Assembly: GCA_964344235.1 (NCBI GenBank)
Contig: CAYFMJ010000003.1
Coordinates: 31,508-95,507 of the forward strand
Length of the DNA stretch: 64,000 nucleotides
Direction of reading: 5' to 3'
Source of the DNA: an uncultured Methanosarcinales archaeon
GTDB taxonomy: Archaea > Nanobdellota > Nanobdellia > Woesearchaeales > GW2011-AR9
Shown here: positions 9,916 through 20,520 of the stretch, one piece after another
Layout of the letters: every line of letters starts with the position of its first letter
Numbering within the stretch: the first letter of the stretch is position 1
Translations under genes and position numbers: made by a program
Notes under the pieces: model-generated
Database searches by the model: none
What the model saw: the letters and a program-made list of their open reading frames with translations, nothing else
Told to the model about the DNA's origin: nothing

Positions 9916-12402
9916 CTAACCCCATTCATCTAAGCCTTTTTGTTCTTGTAATTTCTTCGCTTTTATTTTACGCATCATGTCATCATCTTTTTCTAAAATA
10001 GATTGCACTTCTTTTGCTCTTAGAACAACAGAAGCAGGTAAACCAGCTAATTCCGCAACATGAATCCCATAACTTTGATCCGTCCCGCCAGGAATTAATT
10101 TACGTAAGAAGATAATCTCTCCTCCCACATCTTTCACAGCGATGTTATAGTTTTTGATGTTAGAGAATTTTTCTTCTAACTTATTCATGACATGGTAATG
10201 TGTCGCGAATAACGTTTTTGCTTTAATGTGGTTGTAAATATGTTCGGCAACACTCCATGCTATGGAAACGCCATCAAATGTTGAGGTCCCTCTACCAATT
10301 TCGTCTAAGATAAGTAGACTTCGTTCTGTTGCGTTGTGTAAGATATTAGCGGTTTCACTCATCTCTACCATGAACGTTGATTGACCGGCGCTAAGATCAT
10401 CACTTGCACCAACTCGTGTGAAGATTCGATCGGTAATGCCAAGTGTGCATTCATCGGCAGGAACGAAGCAGCCAATTTGTGCAAGTAGAACAATAAGTGC
10501 AGTTTGTCGCATGACTGTTGACTTCCCTGCCATATTCGGTCCAGTAATGATCATCATCTCGCCGTGGTTGAGAATAATATCATTAGCAATGAAGCGTTGT
10601 TCGATTTTCTCTACAACAGGATGTCTACCGTTTGTGATGTGCAAAACATTTTGTTCCGTAAATTGTGGTTTAACGTAATTATTTTCCATAGATACTTTAG
10701 AGAATGAGGAAAGTACATCAAGTACTGCAATTTTTCTTGCTGTGGATTGAATTGTTTTGGTCTCCTTGGCTATTGTAACAAGAATCCCTTGAAAGAGGTT
10801 GTATTCTAATTCGTTGATTTTTTCCTGTGCTCCTAAAATTTTTTCTTCTTCGATTTTAAGCTCTTCAGTGATGTACCGTTCAGCATTTGCTGTTGTTTGT
10901 TTACGGATGTACGTTCCGGGAACGAGGTGGATATTTTTCTTAGTCACCTCAATAAAATAGCCGAAGACTTTATTGTATTTTATTTTAAGAGAACTAATAC
11001 CTGTTTTCTGCATTTCCTGCTGTTCTAATTGTTGTAAGAATGTTTTACTGTTGGTTTTGATGTTATGTAATTCTGCTAACTCTTCGTTGTAGGACGGTTT
11101 GATGATATTACCTTCACGAATGGTAATAGAGGGTTCTTCTTTGATAGATTTGTGGAGAAGTGTTGTTAGTTCTGTCAAAGGGTTGATAGTGTTTATTTTT
11201 TGTAGTAGTGGAGTTTGAAATGTTGCGAGTTTTTCTTGTAAATGTGGAATAGTTTGTAATGATTGTTTTAATGCCAGAAGATCTTTAGGATTCGCAGTGC
11301 CTACATTAACTTTACCAATTAATCGCTCTAAATCATAGACACTTTTGAGGAGTGTGATGATTTCCTCTCGTTGAATAACATGTTGATTGAGTTCTTCCAC
11401 TGCACTTAAGCGATGTTGAATACGTTCTGCTTGGAGAAGAGGTTGTTTTATCCATTGTTTTAATAATCTTGAACCCATTGGTGTGGTAGTTTTGTCAATG
11501 ATGGAGAGAAGTGTTCCTCTACTAGAATTGTCTTTGAGGTTTTTGATTAATTCTAAATTTCTAAACGTAGAAGAGTCGAGGAGCATGGTATTAGTGCTTT
11601 GTAAAGAAATGCGTTTGATGTGGGATAAAGCGTTTCGTTGCGTTTCTAAGAGGTATTGTAAGAGTGCACCTGAGGAGGAGATCAGTAACGGTTCCTCTAA
11701 GCCGAATTGTGTTAATGAGGAGATATTGAAATGGTTTTGGATAGTAGTAGTGGCGTTATCTTGCTTAAAGTAATAATCATCAAATGTATTGAGAAAACAA
11801 CTGGTAGCAGTGATTTTTTCTGTAAGTTCTTTGTTTACTTGTAATGTTGTTGGAATAATACATTCCTTTGGTTGGTATTTGGTGATGTAACTGATAACGG
11901 TGGGAAGAGAAGAAGTGAGAGTTGTAAAGAATTCTCCTGTTGAAAGGTCGCAAAACGCTAAAGCATAATGATCTGCTTTAGCTGTGATTGTAAGGATGTA
12001 ATTATTTTCTGTTTCATCTAACATGGACGATTCCATGATGGTTCCTGGAGTGACAATTCGTGTGAGGCCTCTTTTTACGAGTCCTTTTGCTTGCTTAGGA
12101 TCTTCCAGTTGTTCGATAATCGCTACTTTGTAGCCTTTCTTTACCAGTCTGCCAAGATAATTGTCAAGAGCATGATAGGGAATGCCTGCTAATGGAGCGC
12201 GTTTTTCTCCTTTCCCTCGTGCGGTAAGCGTGATTTCTAATTCTTTTGCTGTTATGATGGCATCCTCATAGAATAATTCATAGAAATCCCCCATGCGCAT
12301 CATGATAATGCAGTCAGGGTTTGCTTTTTTTGCATCTTGATACTGCCGCATCCCGGGGGTTAGTTTAGAAGTAGGGATAGTAAGGATTGAGACGGGTTCC
12401 AT
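9916..12402 (-). CDS. mutS: DNA mismatch repair ATPase MutS
   Basis: RMGDFYELF, GPNMAGKST, IFTRVGASD, STFMVEM, LDEIGRGTST, FATHYH. Confidence 0.97.
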   Translation of the reverse strand: MEPVSILTIPTSKLTPGMRQYQDAKKANPDCIIMMRMGDFYELFYEDAIITAKELEITLTARGKGEKRAPLAGIPYHALDNYLGRLVKKGYKVAIIEQLEDPKQAKGLVKRGLTRIVTPGTIMESSMLDETENNYILTITAKADHYALAFCDLSTGEFFTTLTSSLPTVISYITKYQPKECIIPTTLQVNKELTEKITATSCFLNTFDDYYFKQDNATTTIQNHFNISSLTQFGLEEPLLISSSGALLQYLLETQRNALSHIKRISLQSTNTMLLDSSTFRNLELIKNLKDNSSRGTLLSIIDKTTTPMGSRLLKQWIKQPLLQAERIQHRLSAVEELNQHVIQREEIITLLKSVYDLERLIGKVNVGTANPKDLLALKQSLQTIPHLQEKLATFQTPLLQKINTINPLTELTTLLHKSIKEEPSITIREGNIIKPSYNEELAELHNIKTNSKTFLQQLEQQEMQKTGISSLKIKYNKVFGYFIEVTKKNIHLVPGTYIRKQTTANAERYITEELKIEEEKILGAQEKINELEYNLFQGILVTIAKETKTIQSTARKIAVLDVLSSFSKVSMENNYVKPQFTEQNVLHITNGRHPVVEKIEQRFIANDIILNHGEMMIITGPNMAGKSTVMRQTALIVLLAQIGCFVPADECTLGITDRIFTRVGASDDLSAGQSTFMVEMSETANILHNATERSLLILDEIGRGTSTFDGVSIAWSVAEHIYNHIKAKTLFATHYHVMNKLEEKFSNIKNYNIAVKDVGGEIIFLRKLIPGGTDQSYGIHVAELAGLPASVVLRAKEVQSILEKDDDMMRKIKAKKLQEQKGLDEWG

Positions 12403-12445
12403 AGAGGATTTTTAGGAGAAATCATGTTTAAAAAGATTGTTGTGG

Positions 12446-13703
12446 TTAAGTGGTAATGGGTGAGGATCTTCCAATTGATTTATAGCAATCTGCAATAACA
12501 CTTTTAACTCGGTCTTTCGTTGCTTCTGTTGTAAGATGGTTATTCGAGAACACATCGTAGAGAGACTCTAGAGCTCGAAGTCTTCTTTCAGTCCTTGGGA
12601 AAAGTTTACGTCTCCCTCTATTCTGCTCTTTTATTTCCCAAGCTCTAAATTCCAGCTGCATGGCTAAATCCGATTCCCCTTTGTAAGGGTAGCGCTGCAT
12701 AACCGGGAGGCGAACCTGATGTCCAGTGCCATTTGTTTTACCACGATATAACGAGTGAGTGTATACTCCACTATTTTTCTTTCTTGAATGTAATCCAATT
12801 TTCCAATGGCCCTGATCTTTTCCAAATACCCTACGTTCAGGCACGCCAATTGTTCTAGCTAGTTGGCCTAACTCAAAATCTCGTGGGATAACTCTACCAA
12901 TTTCAAGTTTCTCAGCCATATACATTGCTGCAGCTAAAGCAAAGTAGGGAAGGTGGATTCGACTCGGATTAACAATTTTTTCCATATGTTCATCGTAACC
13001 ACGCCAATGTTTAAGATCTCTGAAGAAGTCATAACCACATTCAATTGCATCAATGAATAAAACAGGTGATTGTTCACGATCCATACAAACAAAAGCTCGC
13101 ATAAAGACAGAGAATTTTGCAGGAGGGACCTTAGGAACTGTTTTATCAAGTCCTAAGATATAAATTGAGCCACCCATCTGAGCATCATGAAGGATTTTCA
13201 TTCGTCCCCAAGTTGTTGACCTCAGATGATTATCGAGTGTTTCACAACTAGAGGCATGGGAAAGGTATGTGAGAAAAAAACTCCTCTTTCTAAGTCATAA
13301 GGATTCATAAATGAAAAGGCCAGATTAGCAGAGTCTAGAGGGTGATCAAAAACTGCAGTTAAGTCGTCACTATCTGCAAAGGTTTGGAATTTCTTCTCCA
13401 ATATAGGGATTTTGTCTCTTTCAGTCTTATTAGGATCGGCCGTAACTCCTTTCTGGAAAATTCTATATCTTTCTATTAAGGGCCAGACAGTTAGCATGGC
13501 AAGATGTTTTTGGAGTTCTTCAAGGGTATGGAAATCGGAGAACCCTCTACTCTAGCGGCCATAGTTCTTACTGTTTCCGGATGAGCTAAAAGGTTTCTTT
13601 GACCATAGTAGCTTATCATCTCCTCCAATGGAGGGATATCTTTGCGTGCCATAGCGGTGATTTGAGAAGCGCTTTTATAAAATTTCCTACTGTTTAGAGA
13701 CAA
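12446..13703 (-). pseudogene. One ~419-aa hypothetical gene split into three ORFs by two 1-nt deletions (pseudogene or assembly error)
   Basis: ORFs 13491-13703, 13222-13497 and 12446-13201 join in frame if one G is added at ~13545 (GGG run) and one T at ~13270 (T7 run). Confidence 0.65.
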
Positions 13704-13734
13704 ATTTATATAGAGAGAGGTGTAATGAAGCGAG

Positions 13735-14949
13735 ATGGCACAATTATCATTTGAGACTCTTAGGTTTAGAGAGAAAGAAGATGTTATTCAGGTAGATCTT
13801 CTTACATCATGGATGTGTGAAATTCCAAAAGAAGAAGTTGCTGCGATTGCAGAGTTCGAAATTGTTGATGCGTCTACGATCTCTTTTGCGATGGAAGAGG
13901 AGAAAGCACGCGTGAAGTTTGGTTTTTTATTACAAAAATATTTTGATAAGAATTTAGTAACAAAGATTACTGGAAATCCATGTACCTATATCCACCGTAA
14001 TTCTGACATTCCATTAATTGGCCATGTGGCGTTTGGGATTGTTTATAGAGGAAGTTCAATTATTGAAATTAAAACAAACAATGGTTGTAACTTAGATTGT
14101 GTCTATTGTTCCATTTCGGAAGGACTATCAAGTAAGAAGCATGATTTTGTGATTGAGAAAGATTATTTAATTGAGGAGTTAGAGAAGTTGATGGAGTATA
14201 TTGGTGAAAGTGTTGAAGTTCATATCGGTGTGCAGGGAGAACCGTTTCTGTATGGGGATATGGAGAATCTGATTATTGATTTACAAGATATGGAGAACGT
14301 GCATACGATTTCTATTGATACAAATGGTTCATTGTTGAATAAAGAAAGGATCGATAGGTTGAGTGGGTGTAGGAAATTGCAGTTTAATTTATCGTTAGAT
14401 GCAATTGACTCTGAAGTAGCCCGGAAAGTAGCGGGAACGAAAGTGTATAACGTTGAACATGTAAAAAAGATGATTGCCTATGCTTCGGAGAAGTGTACTG
14501 TTATAGTAGCACCGGTGTTAACACAGGGATATAATGAGGAAGAAGTGGAGAAAATAGTAGCGTGGGTAGCTTCGTTAGAGCACAAACCAATTTTAGGGAT
14601 TCAGAATTTTTTACGATACAAGACAGGGAGGAATCCAGCGAAGGAGATGAAGTGGGATGATTTTTATGCATTGTTGGATAGATTAGAGAAAAAGTATGGC
14701 ATCAAATTACGGCTGCGGAAAGAAGATTTTAACATTCGTAAAACTAAACCGTTAGAGAAACCGTTTGAGGTAGGAGATGAGGTTGCAGCAGTGATGAAAT
14801 GTCCTGACCGGTTTAAAGATTCGGTGATTGCAGTTGCTCAAGGGAGAATTATCTCTGTTCCTGGTGTAAAGTTTGTTGCTGAAAAAAAGATACAAGTGAA
14901 GATAACAAGAGACAAACATAATATTTTTACTGGAAAGGTTGTTTATTAG
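13735..14949 (+). CDS. Radical SAM protein with C-terminal TRAM-like domain
   Basis: CNLDCVYC cluster motif, GVQGEP, IDTNG, C-terminal KITRDKHNIF strand. Confidence 0.88.
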   Translation: MAQLSFETLRFREKEDVIQVDLLTSWMCEIPKEEVAAIAEFEIVDASTISFAMEEEKARVKFGFLLQKYFDKNLVTKITGNPCTYIHRNSDIPLIGHVAFGIVYRGSSIIEIKTNNGCNLDCVYCSISEGLSSKKHDFVIEKDYLIEELEKLMEYIGESVEVHIGVQGEPFLYGDMENLIIDLQDMENVHTISIDTNGSLLNKERIDRLSGCRKLQFNLSLDAIDSEVARKVAGTKVYNVEHVKKMIAYASEKCTVIVAPVLTQGYNEEEVEKIVAWVASLEHKPILGIQNFLRYKTGRNPAKEMKWDDFYALLDRLEKKYGIKLRLRKEDFNIRKTKPLEKPFEVGDEVAAVMKCPDRFKDSVIAVAQGRIISVPGVKFVAEKKIQVKITRDKHNIFTGKVVY

Positions 14950-15631
14950 AGAGGTTCATGGAACGTAAACCGTCAAGGGCACGTTCAAATTTGTTAAAGA
15001 GGAAAGGCATCAATTTCTGTTCTGCTTTTCGAAGATGCATCTGATAGGTTGAGAAAGAAACGTCCATTAACTTGGCTAATTCATTTAACGTAATGTGGCG
15101 AGGATATTCATAATAACCGTGTTCAATCGCTAGAAAAACCGCACGCCGTTGTTGCGGTGAGAGTTTGGGGTTGATGCCTATAAACAAAAAGTCGTCAATT
15201 GGAACGTCACGTACTTTAAGCAGTTTCCCAGCGAAATTTCCAAGCATAAATTTACTTGTTGCTAGAATGTTATCTTTATTCCAGCTGCCTAATGACCAGA
15301 ATTCTTGCCCATTGGAGCGAATTTCAACAGGCCTGAGACAGAATATTTCAGGATTATATACGGCACTTGCTGCTTTGGACTCTTTTATTTGCAAGACAAG
15401 AAAGTTGTTATGAAGCTCTGCTTTTATTACTCGTTCATGATTGAGGAGGTTTTTATGGAATACGTCGCGTTCTTTCTCAGAACCACAGACGAAGCCTATA
15501 AAATGGACTAGGATAAAGTTATGAAAATGGTGATAAGAGGTTGGATAGGCAATAAACGTAACATTTGCCGCTTTGGTCATACTTCCTAGAAGCCCCGGTG
15601 TACCGTCTATCTCAAACTCAGAAACCCACAT
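14927..15631 (-). CDS. HTH-10 (Bat-like) transcriptional regulator
   Basis: LSPQQRRAVFLAIEHGYYEYPRHITLNELA..S.ST...HLRKAE. Confidence 0.88.
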   Translation of the reverse strand: MWVSEFEIDGTPGLLGSMTKAANVTFIAYPTSYHHFHNFILVHFIGFVCGSEKERDVFHKNLLNHERVIKAELHNNFLVLQIKESKAASAVYNPEIFCLRPVEIRSNGQEFWSLGSWNKDNILATSKFMLGNFAGKLLKVRDVPIDDFLFIGINPKLSPQQRRAVFLAIEHGYYEYPRHITLNELAKLMDVSFSTYQMHLRKAEQKLMPFLFNKFERALDGLRSMNLSNKQPFQ

Positions 15632-15743
15632 AAAATATCTCCAATATTGTTCATTTTATACTTAGAAACGCTCCAGTAATAAAAATTTACTCCGATATAT
15701 ATCTGTGAAAGCTTTAATATGCCTATTAGAATAGCTATTTTTG

Positions 15744-16301
15744 ATGAGTTCTCCAATAATAATTGAGGTGCAAAAAGACCCAGCTGTGCGGGAGGTTGTG
15801 GAAAGTGGAACGTTAGATGATGTGTTAGAGGGTTATGAGAAGAAAGGGACTAGGTATGTTGATTCTGTTACGTATCTTGGCCAGGGAAGGGCTGAAGGAC
15901 AGTTTACAGTTCATGGCCATTATCATTTTGATACAGAAGATCAGTTATATCATTTAACAGAGGCAGACGTTGTGGTGTTATTTAACCAGTTTGGATACGC
16001 TGTGATGGCTCATTTGCTTCGGACAGGGAGAATTCCGCAAGTTGATCTTGCAACATTTACAAATTTTAAAGATGATTTTAGAGATATAGAATTGAGGTCG
16101 TCCCCGATTAGAAGCAGTGGATATGACTATCCTAGGGGAATTGATTTGGCTGCAGATCCAACATTTCCAGGAAAGTTGTACATAAAACAGTTATCATATT
16201 TACAAAGACCAGATGATGTCTCGTTGCATACAGAGATGGTGCTTGATTTAGCCGATGGTGCAATTCATGGAGAAAGAGACTGGCGTTTTTATTTGAAGTG
16301 A
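15744..16301 (+). CDS. Hypothetical protein
   Basis: 185-aa ORF, no recognisable motif. Confidence 0.6.
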   Translation: MSSPIIIEVQKDPAVREVVESGTLDDVLEGYEKKGTRYVDSVTYLGQGRAEGQFTVHGHYHFDTEDQLYHLTEADVVVLFNQFGYAVMAHLLRTGRIPQVDLATFTNFKDDFRDIELRSSPIRSSGYDYPRGIDLAADPTFPGKLYIKQLSYLQRPDDVSLHTEMVLDLADGAIHGERDWRFYLK

Positions 16302-16347
16302 TAGTGGTAGAGTAAAGTTTAAATAGTTTTTAGTAGATTCTTCTCTA

Positions 16348-17508
16348 ATGGAGCGGGGTGAACTAACGCAGAAGTATTTCTTTGAAGTGTATGGTGAAGA
16401 TAGTAGAATCCCTATACGGTTCCACCATGGTCTAGACTCGGTTGTTTGGCATCCAGGAGATTATGAGGGAACTGAGGATGACAGACACAACCCCTGGAGT
16501 GATATTTATGAAGCGACGAATTTTGACGAGTTTGTGCACCTTGTGGTAGGTTCTTGGAATTTGCGTTCAGCATCAAGCATGACTGCGGTTCATACTCCAG
16601 ACCAAGTAACTAATATGGGACCATTTGCAGAATTGTTGCATAGTGAACCAGACTTAACTGATGTTGTAGCATACATTCTCAGGCATACCCCTGAGCCTTA
16701 TGGTGTTAGGCAAAAAGCCACGGAGGCAGGAAAGAAACTGAATCCCTACAGGCCAGATACATTGATAGAGCGTTTAACGGAGGTTGATGAGCATGCCGCA
16801 GAATTATTTATTGAGGCGCTAAAGCGGCCAACACCAGACTATTTTGAAGCAGATGACAGGGCGATCTTTGATCCGCATTACAGAGAATGTGGGAGGATGT
16901 ATGTTCCAGACAGAGATGGTGCTCACTTGGACATGATGTTTGGAAAGAGGGCCATCAGAACAGTGAAAGGGTTCCCACGTGACTTGTCAGTTGATTATGT
17001 TGAATTACCTTCTATTGCAGTGAAGAATCAAACAGGTTTTCGAGACACAGTGTTCCGTGTAGTAACCAAATTCCCTGGCCAATATACCATTCAAGTTCGG
17101 TTTCGAGAGACAAGTCATAAAGGAGGCACACACTATGGGGAGGGAAGAATTGAGCTGCTTTATGAGGAGAGAGTAAGCCCCCTTGTAAATCTACCCATGC
17201 GTGGCATGGCTCTTGATGATGACGAAGCGATCAGTGACCAAATGCAAGATACTGCCGGTTATTTTTTAAGAGAGCTAGAAAAAGATGCGAGAATTATAGT
17301 AAACGATGTGAGCTGCAAAACTACTGACAATGGAGCTATTGCTACTTTTGAAGTTAGAAAAAGAAGTGATGAGAAAGCCCAGGCAGAAACATACCCTTCT
17401 GCAGCACAATGCCGAAGAGATTTAGTTGAAGAAGCAACAGGATATTTCCCTGGATTAAAAGATCGACCAGATGTGGCACTTGCTGCGCTAAATGGGGAGC
17501 CATTATAA
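16348..17508 (+). CDS. Hypothetical protein
   Basis: 386-aa ORF preceded by a TTTAAA TATA-like box. Confidence 0.65.
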   Translation: MERGELTQKYFFEVYGEDSRIPIRFHHGLDSVVWHPGDYEGTEDDRHNPWSDIYEATNFDEFVHLVVGSWNLRSASSMTAVHTPDQVTNMGPFAELLHSEPDLTDVVAYILRHTPEPYGVRQKATEAGKKLNPYRPDTLIERLTEVDEHAAELFIEALKRPTPDYFEADDRAIFDPHYRECGRMYVPDRDGAHLDMMFGKRAIRTVKGFPRDLSVDYVELPSIAVKNQTGFRDTVFRVVTKFPGQYTIQVRFRETSHKGGTHYGEGRIELLYEERVSPLVNLPMRGMALDDDEAISDQMQDTAGYFLRELEKDARIIVNDVSCKTTDNGAIATFEVRKRSDEKAQAETYPSAAQCRRDLVEEATGYFPGLKDRPDVALAALNGEPL

Positions 17509-20355
17509 TTGTTTTAATGTAAGTTCTTTTATTTCATCCGGCCAGTCTTCGATAAATTCTCTATATTGTTTTAATTCCGTTTTCACTTTCTGTTTCAGCG
17601 AACCAGTTTCGATAAGTTTAATGAGTGCTTCTTTGACATAGACAGGGACTTTCTTAAGATTCCAGACTTGTAATTTCATTTTTTCTTTCGCCATGTCTTT
17701 CTGTTCATCCTGTTTCTTTTTTGTCTCTTCCCAGTATTGTTGGTAGGAAAATTCTTTTTCTTGCTTGATTTTCTTTTTTCCTTCTTTCAGATTTATCTTA
17801 GCTAAGACTTGCTGATGCATTCGTCGGAGGAATTCATGTTTGTCTTCGATTCTAATAACGTCGCTGTAACCAGAGGCGATTAAACCGAAAGCAAATGGAG
17901 AAGGCATCTCTGTTGAGGTTTGGACTATTTCAATCTGATTTTGATTGACTTTGTCAATAATCTCTTGTGCATGTTGGTAATCCATTAAGTCTTCAAGTAC
18001 TTCTCTTCTCGCTTCTTTGAGAATAGGGAAGTGGTTATCGATTCTCTTGACTGCGTTGAATAAAATTTTACTGCCTATTTGCATCCTGCCTGTTTTCTTT
18101 TGTCGTCCCATATAGTTTCGGAGGATCATTAGTGATCTCGCAGCACAGTGTCTGAAGCGTCTCTTGAGAACTTCACTACGTTCGATGGCTTCTTCGAGTA
18201 GTTCTCTTAGGTTTTCTTCTTTGAGGAGGTTGAACGCCCTAGGCGCGTTAAATGGTTTTTCTGCCGCCAAGTAAAATGCGTTATCGGAAATACCAACTTC
18301 AACATCGCGATGTTGGGAACGGCCAATGATGAATGCTAATGCTCGAGAGAGACAATCGTTAACTCTTCTGCCAAATAATGTATGGAAGATGACATAGGTT
18401 CTACCTCGGTCAACGTATGTTTCAATGACAATCTTTTTGTTTGAGGGAACGATGCTAAAGTTATATTGTTCATAGAAGTATTGATAGAGACTTTCTGCTG
18501 CTTTATTTCCGACATAGAGATATTCGTTAATGAATTCTTTAATTTGTTTCTTCGTGTGTTTATTTTTGAAGCGATCTTCCATCAAGTAACGGAAGCGGGA
18601 GATTTCTGTGGCGAGGTCAAAGGAGAGAGGTAGCATCTCTGAGAACCAGGAAGGGACAGTTGGTGGTCTGTTTACTGACGTGGAGACCTGCGCTGTCATA
18701 CCTCGGGAGAATTTAAACATGTAGACATTTCCTCCCAGAACGAAAACGTCACCTGGTTTTAATCTTTCCAGAAAACCCTCATCAATCATTCCCACAACTT
18801 GATCTTTGATCTTGACTTTCACATAGGATTCTTCAGGAATAGTTCCAATATTCGTCATGTAAATAATCCTCGCCATTTTTCCTCTTTTCCCGATTTGACC
18901 GGTTTCTTCATCGTACCAAATTCTAGCGAAGACATATCGTTCCTCTAAGCTCACGTAATAGCCTGAGAGGTATTTGATCGTTTCAAAGAAGTCGTGCCAT
19001 TCTAAGTTTTGATAGCAGTACGATTGTTTGACTAATTGGAAGAGTTCCTTGATGTGGATAATGTCGTTGATTGCTATGCCGTAAATATGTTGTGCTAAGA
19101 CGTCTAATGCGTTTTCAGGGATGTGCACTCTGTCGATTTTCTTTTCTATTGCCGATTTTAGGAGGAGGGAACATTCTACTAAGTCATCTCGGTCCATGAC
19201 GATGATTCGTGCTTTAACAGTGGAGTGTAATTGGTGGCCTGCTCGTCCAGCTCGTTGTAAGAATCGTGCAACTGATTTCGGTGAGCCTAAGCAGAGAACT
19301 AAATCAATGTATCCGATGTCTATACCAAGTTCTAAAGAAGTTGAGGAGACAACAACTTTAAGACTACCATCTCGTAAATCTTGTTCAGTTTTGAAACGGA
19401 CTTCTTTACTTAATGAACCGTGATGTGCTGCTATATTATTATGGTTGTAATGTTGTGGGAACATTTCTTTGAGGTTGTGGACGACTCTTTCGGTAGCAGC
19501 TCTAGTGTTGGTGAAGACAACAGTTGTTTTATGTTTTTGAATTTGTTTGTCAATTAATTCATACATCTTTTTGTGTTTGAGCATGTAATCAAGATCAACT
19601 AAACTTCTCACGGGTGAGAGAACTTTGAGATCCATGTCTTTGATAAATTGCACGTCAACAACGCCGCAGTTTCTATTTGCTCCTACTAAGTACTGGGCAA
19701 TTTTTTCTAGTGGTGCGATGGTAGCGGAGAGGCCTACTCTCGTTAATCCGGGTGAGACTCTTTGTAGCCGTTCCATTGTTAGCGAGAGGTGTGTGCCTCG
19801 TTTGTTTTCTGCTAGGGAGTGGATTTCATCTACTAAAAGCCATTGTGTGTCTTTGAGATGAAGTTTGAATTTAGGAGAGTTGATCATGATGGCTAATGAT
19901 TCAGGTGTGGTGATGAGAATGTGTGGTGGTTTCTTGAGCATCTTTTGCTTTTGGTATGCTGTTGTATCACCCGTTCTGACACCTACACGGATGTTAAGTG
20001 GTTTGCCGTTAAGTTCTTCTAGTTCTTTGAGTGGTTTGAGAAGGTTTTGTTCAATGTCGTAGTTAAGTGCTTTTAATGGGGAAACGTAGACGCAGTAGAC
20101 TTTGTCTTCTAACGCTAACTTCTTTGTTGAGTCAACAAGTTCGTTGAGGATTGCGAGGAAGGCTGTTAATGTTTTTCCTGAACCTGTTGGAGCGGAGATG
20201 AGGACGTTTTTTCTGTTATGGATTTCCATCACCCCGAAGAGTTGTGGTGGGGAGAAGGTTTTGAATTTGTTGAAGAACCATTTATTGATTAATGGATGTA
20301 GAATAGACTTAAGATGGAGTTCTTTGTACGGTTCAGTTAAATGTGTGATGGACAT
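17503..20355 (-). CDS. lhr: Lhr-core ATP-dependent helicase
   Basis: APTGSGKT, DEIH, SAT, HHGSL, LELGID, QRAGRAGH, GTIP, RRFRHCA; true start MSITH at 20355 (the track start lies inside a tRNA-like gene). Confidence 0.93.
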   Translation of the reverse strand: MSITHLTEPYKELHLKSILHPLINKWFFNKFKTFSPPQLFGVMEIHNRKNVLISAPTGSGKTLTAFLAILNELVDSTKKLALEDKVYCVYVSPLKALNYDIEQNLLKPLKELEELNGKPLNIRVGVRTGDTTAYQKQKMLKKPPHILITTPESLAIMINSPKFKLHLKDTQWLLVDEIHSLAENKRGTHLSLTMERLQRVSPGLTRVGLSATIAPLEKIAQYLVGANRNCGVVDVQFIKDMDLKVLSPVRSLVDLDYMLKHKKMYELIDKQIQKHKTTVVFTNTRAATERVVHNLKEMFPQHYNHNNIAAHHGSLSKEVRFKTEQDLRDGSLKVVVSSTSLELGIDIGYIDLVLCLGSPKSVARFLQRAGRAGHQLHSTVKARIIVMDRDDLVECSLLLKSAIEKKIDRVHIPENALDVLAQHIYGIAINDIIHIKELFQLVKQSYCYQNLEWHDFFETIKYLSGYYVSLEERYVFARIWYDEETGQIGKRGKMARIIYMTNIGTIPEESYVKVKIKDQVVGMIDEGFLERLKPGDVFVLGGNVYMFKFSRGMTAQVSTSVNRPPTVPSWFSEMLPLSFDLATEISRFRYLMEDRFKNKHTKKQIKEFINEYLYVGNKAAESLYQYFYEQYNFSIVPSNKKIVIETYVDRGRTYVIFHTLFGRRVNDCLSRALAFIIGRSQHRDVEVGISDNAFYLAAEKPFNAPRAFNLLKEENLRELLEEAIERSEVLKRRFRHCAARSLMILRNYMGRQKKTGRMQIGSKILFNAVKRIDNHFPILKEARREVLEDLMDYQHAQEIIDKVNQNQIEIVQTSTEMPSPFAFGLIASGYSDVIRIEDKHEFLRRMHQQVLAKINLKEGKKKIKQEKEFSYQQYWEETKKKQDEQKDMAKEKMKLQVWNLKKVPVYVKEALIKLIETGSLKQKVKTELKQYREFIEDWPDEIKELTLKQL

Positions 20356-20416
20356 GAGTAGAAAACATCTATCTCTTACTATTTTGTTGTGTTTTTTATA
20401 ATGATTGTGTTTACAG

Positions 20417-20520
20417 CGGCAGGGACGGGATTTCCGTGGTTGGCAATTCGAACCCGTGTGACGTGGGAACGTCAACCGATTATCAATCGGTTGCTTTTGG
20501 CCTTTCTTGGCCACTTCTTT
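20417..20520 (-). tRNA. Class II (Ser-shaped) tRNA-like gene, anticodon GAT, 16-nt intron at 59/60, unpaired acceptor 5' strand (possible pseudo-tRNA)
   Basis: D-arm TGGCCAAG..GGCC, anticodon arm ACCGA-TTGATAA-TCGGT, variable arm TGACGT-TCCC-ACGTCA, T-arm ACGGG-TTCGAA[intron]T-CCCGT, 3' strand CCCTGCC-G. Confidence 0.75.
20431..20446 (-). other. Bulge-helix-bulge tRNA intron in the T-loop
   Basis: TTCG pairs with intron CGGA, 3-nt bulges AA|T on both sides, TG/CA intron helix; removal restores TTCGAAT. Confidence 0.8.

Noticed and set aside
20356-20514. N-terminal extension of Lhr given by the ORF track
   Set aside because: It overlaps the tRNA-like gene; Lhr-like sequence starts at ATG 20355
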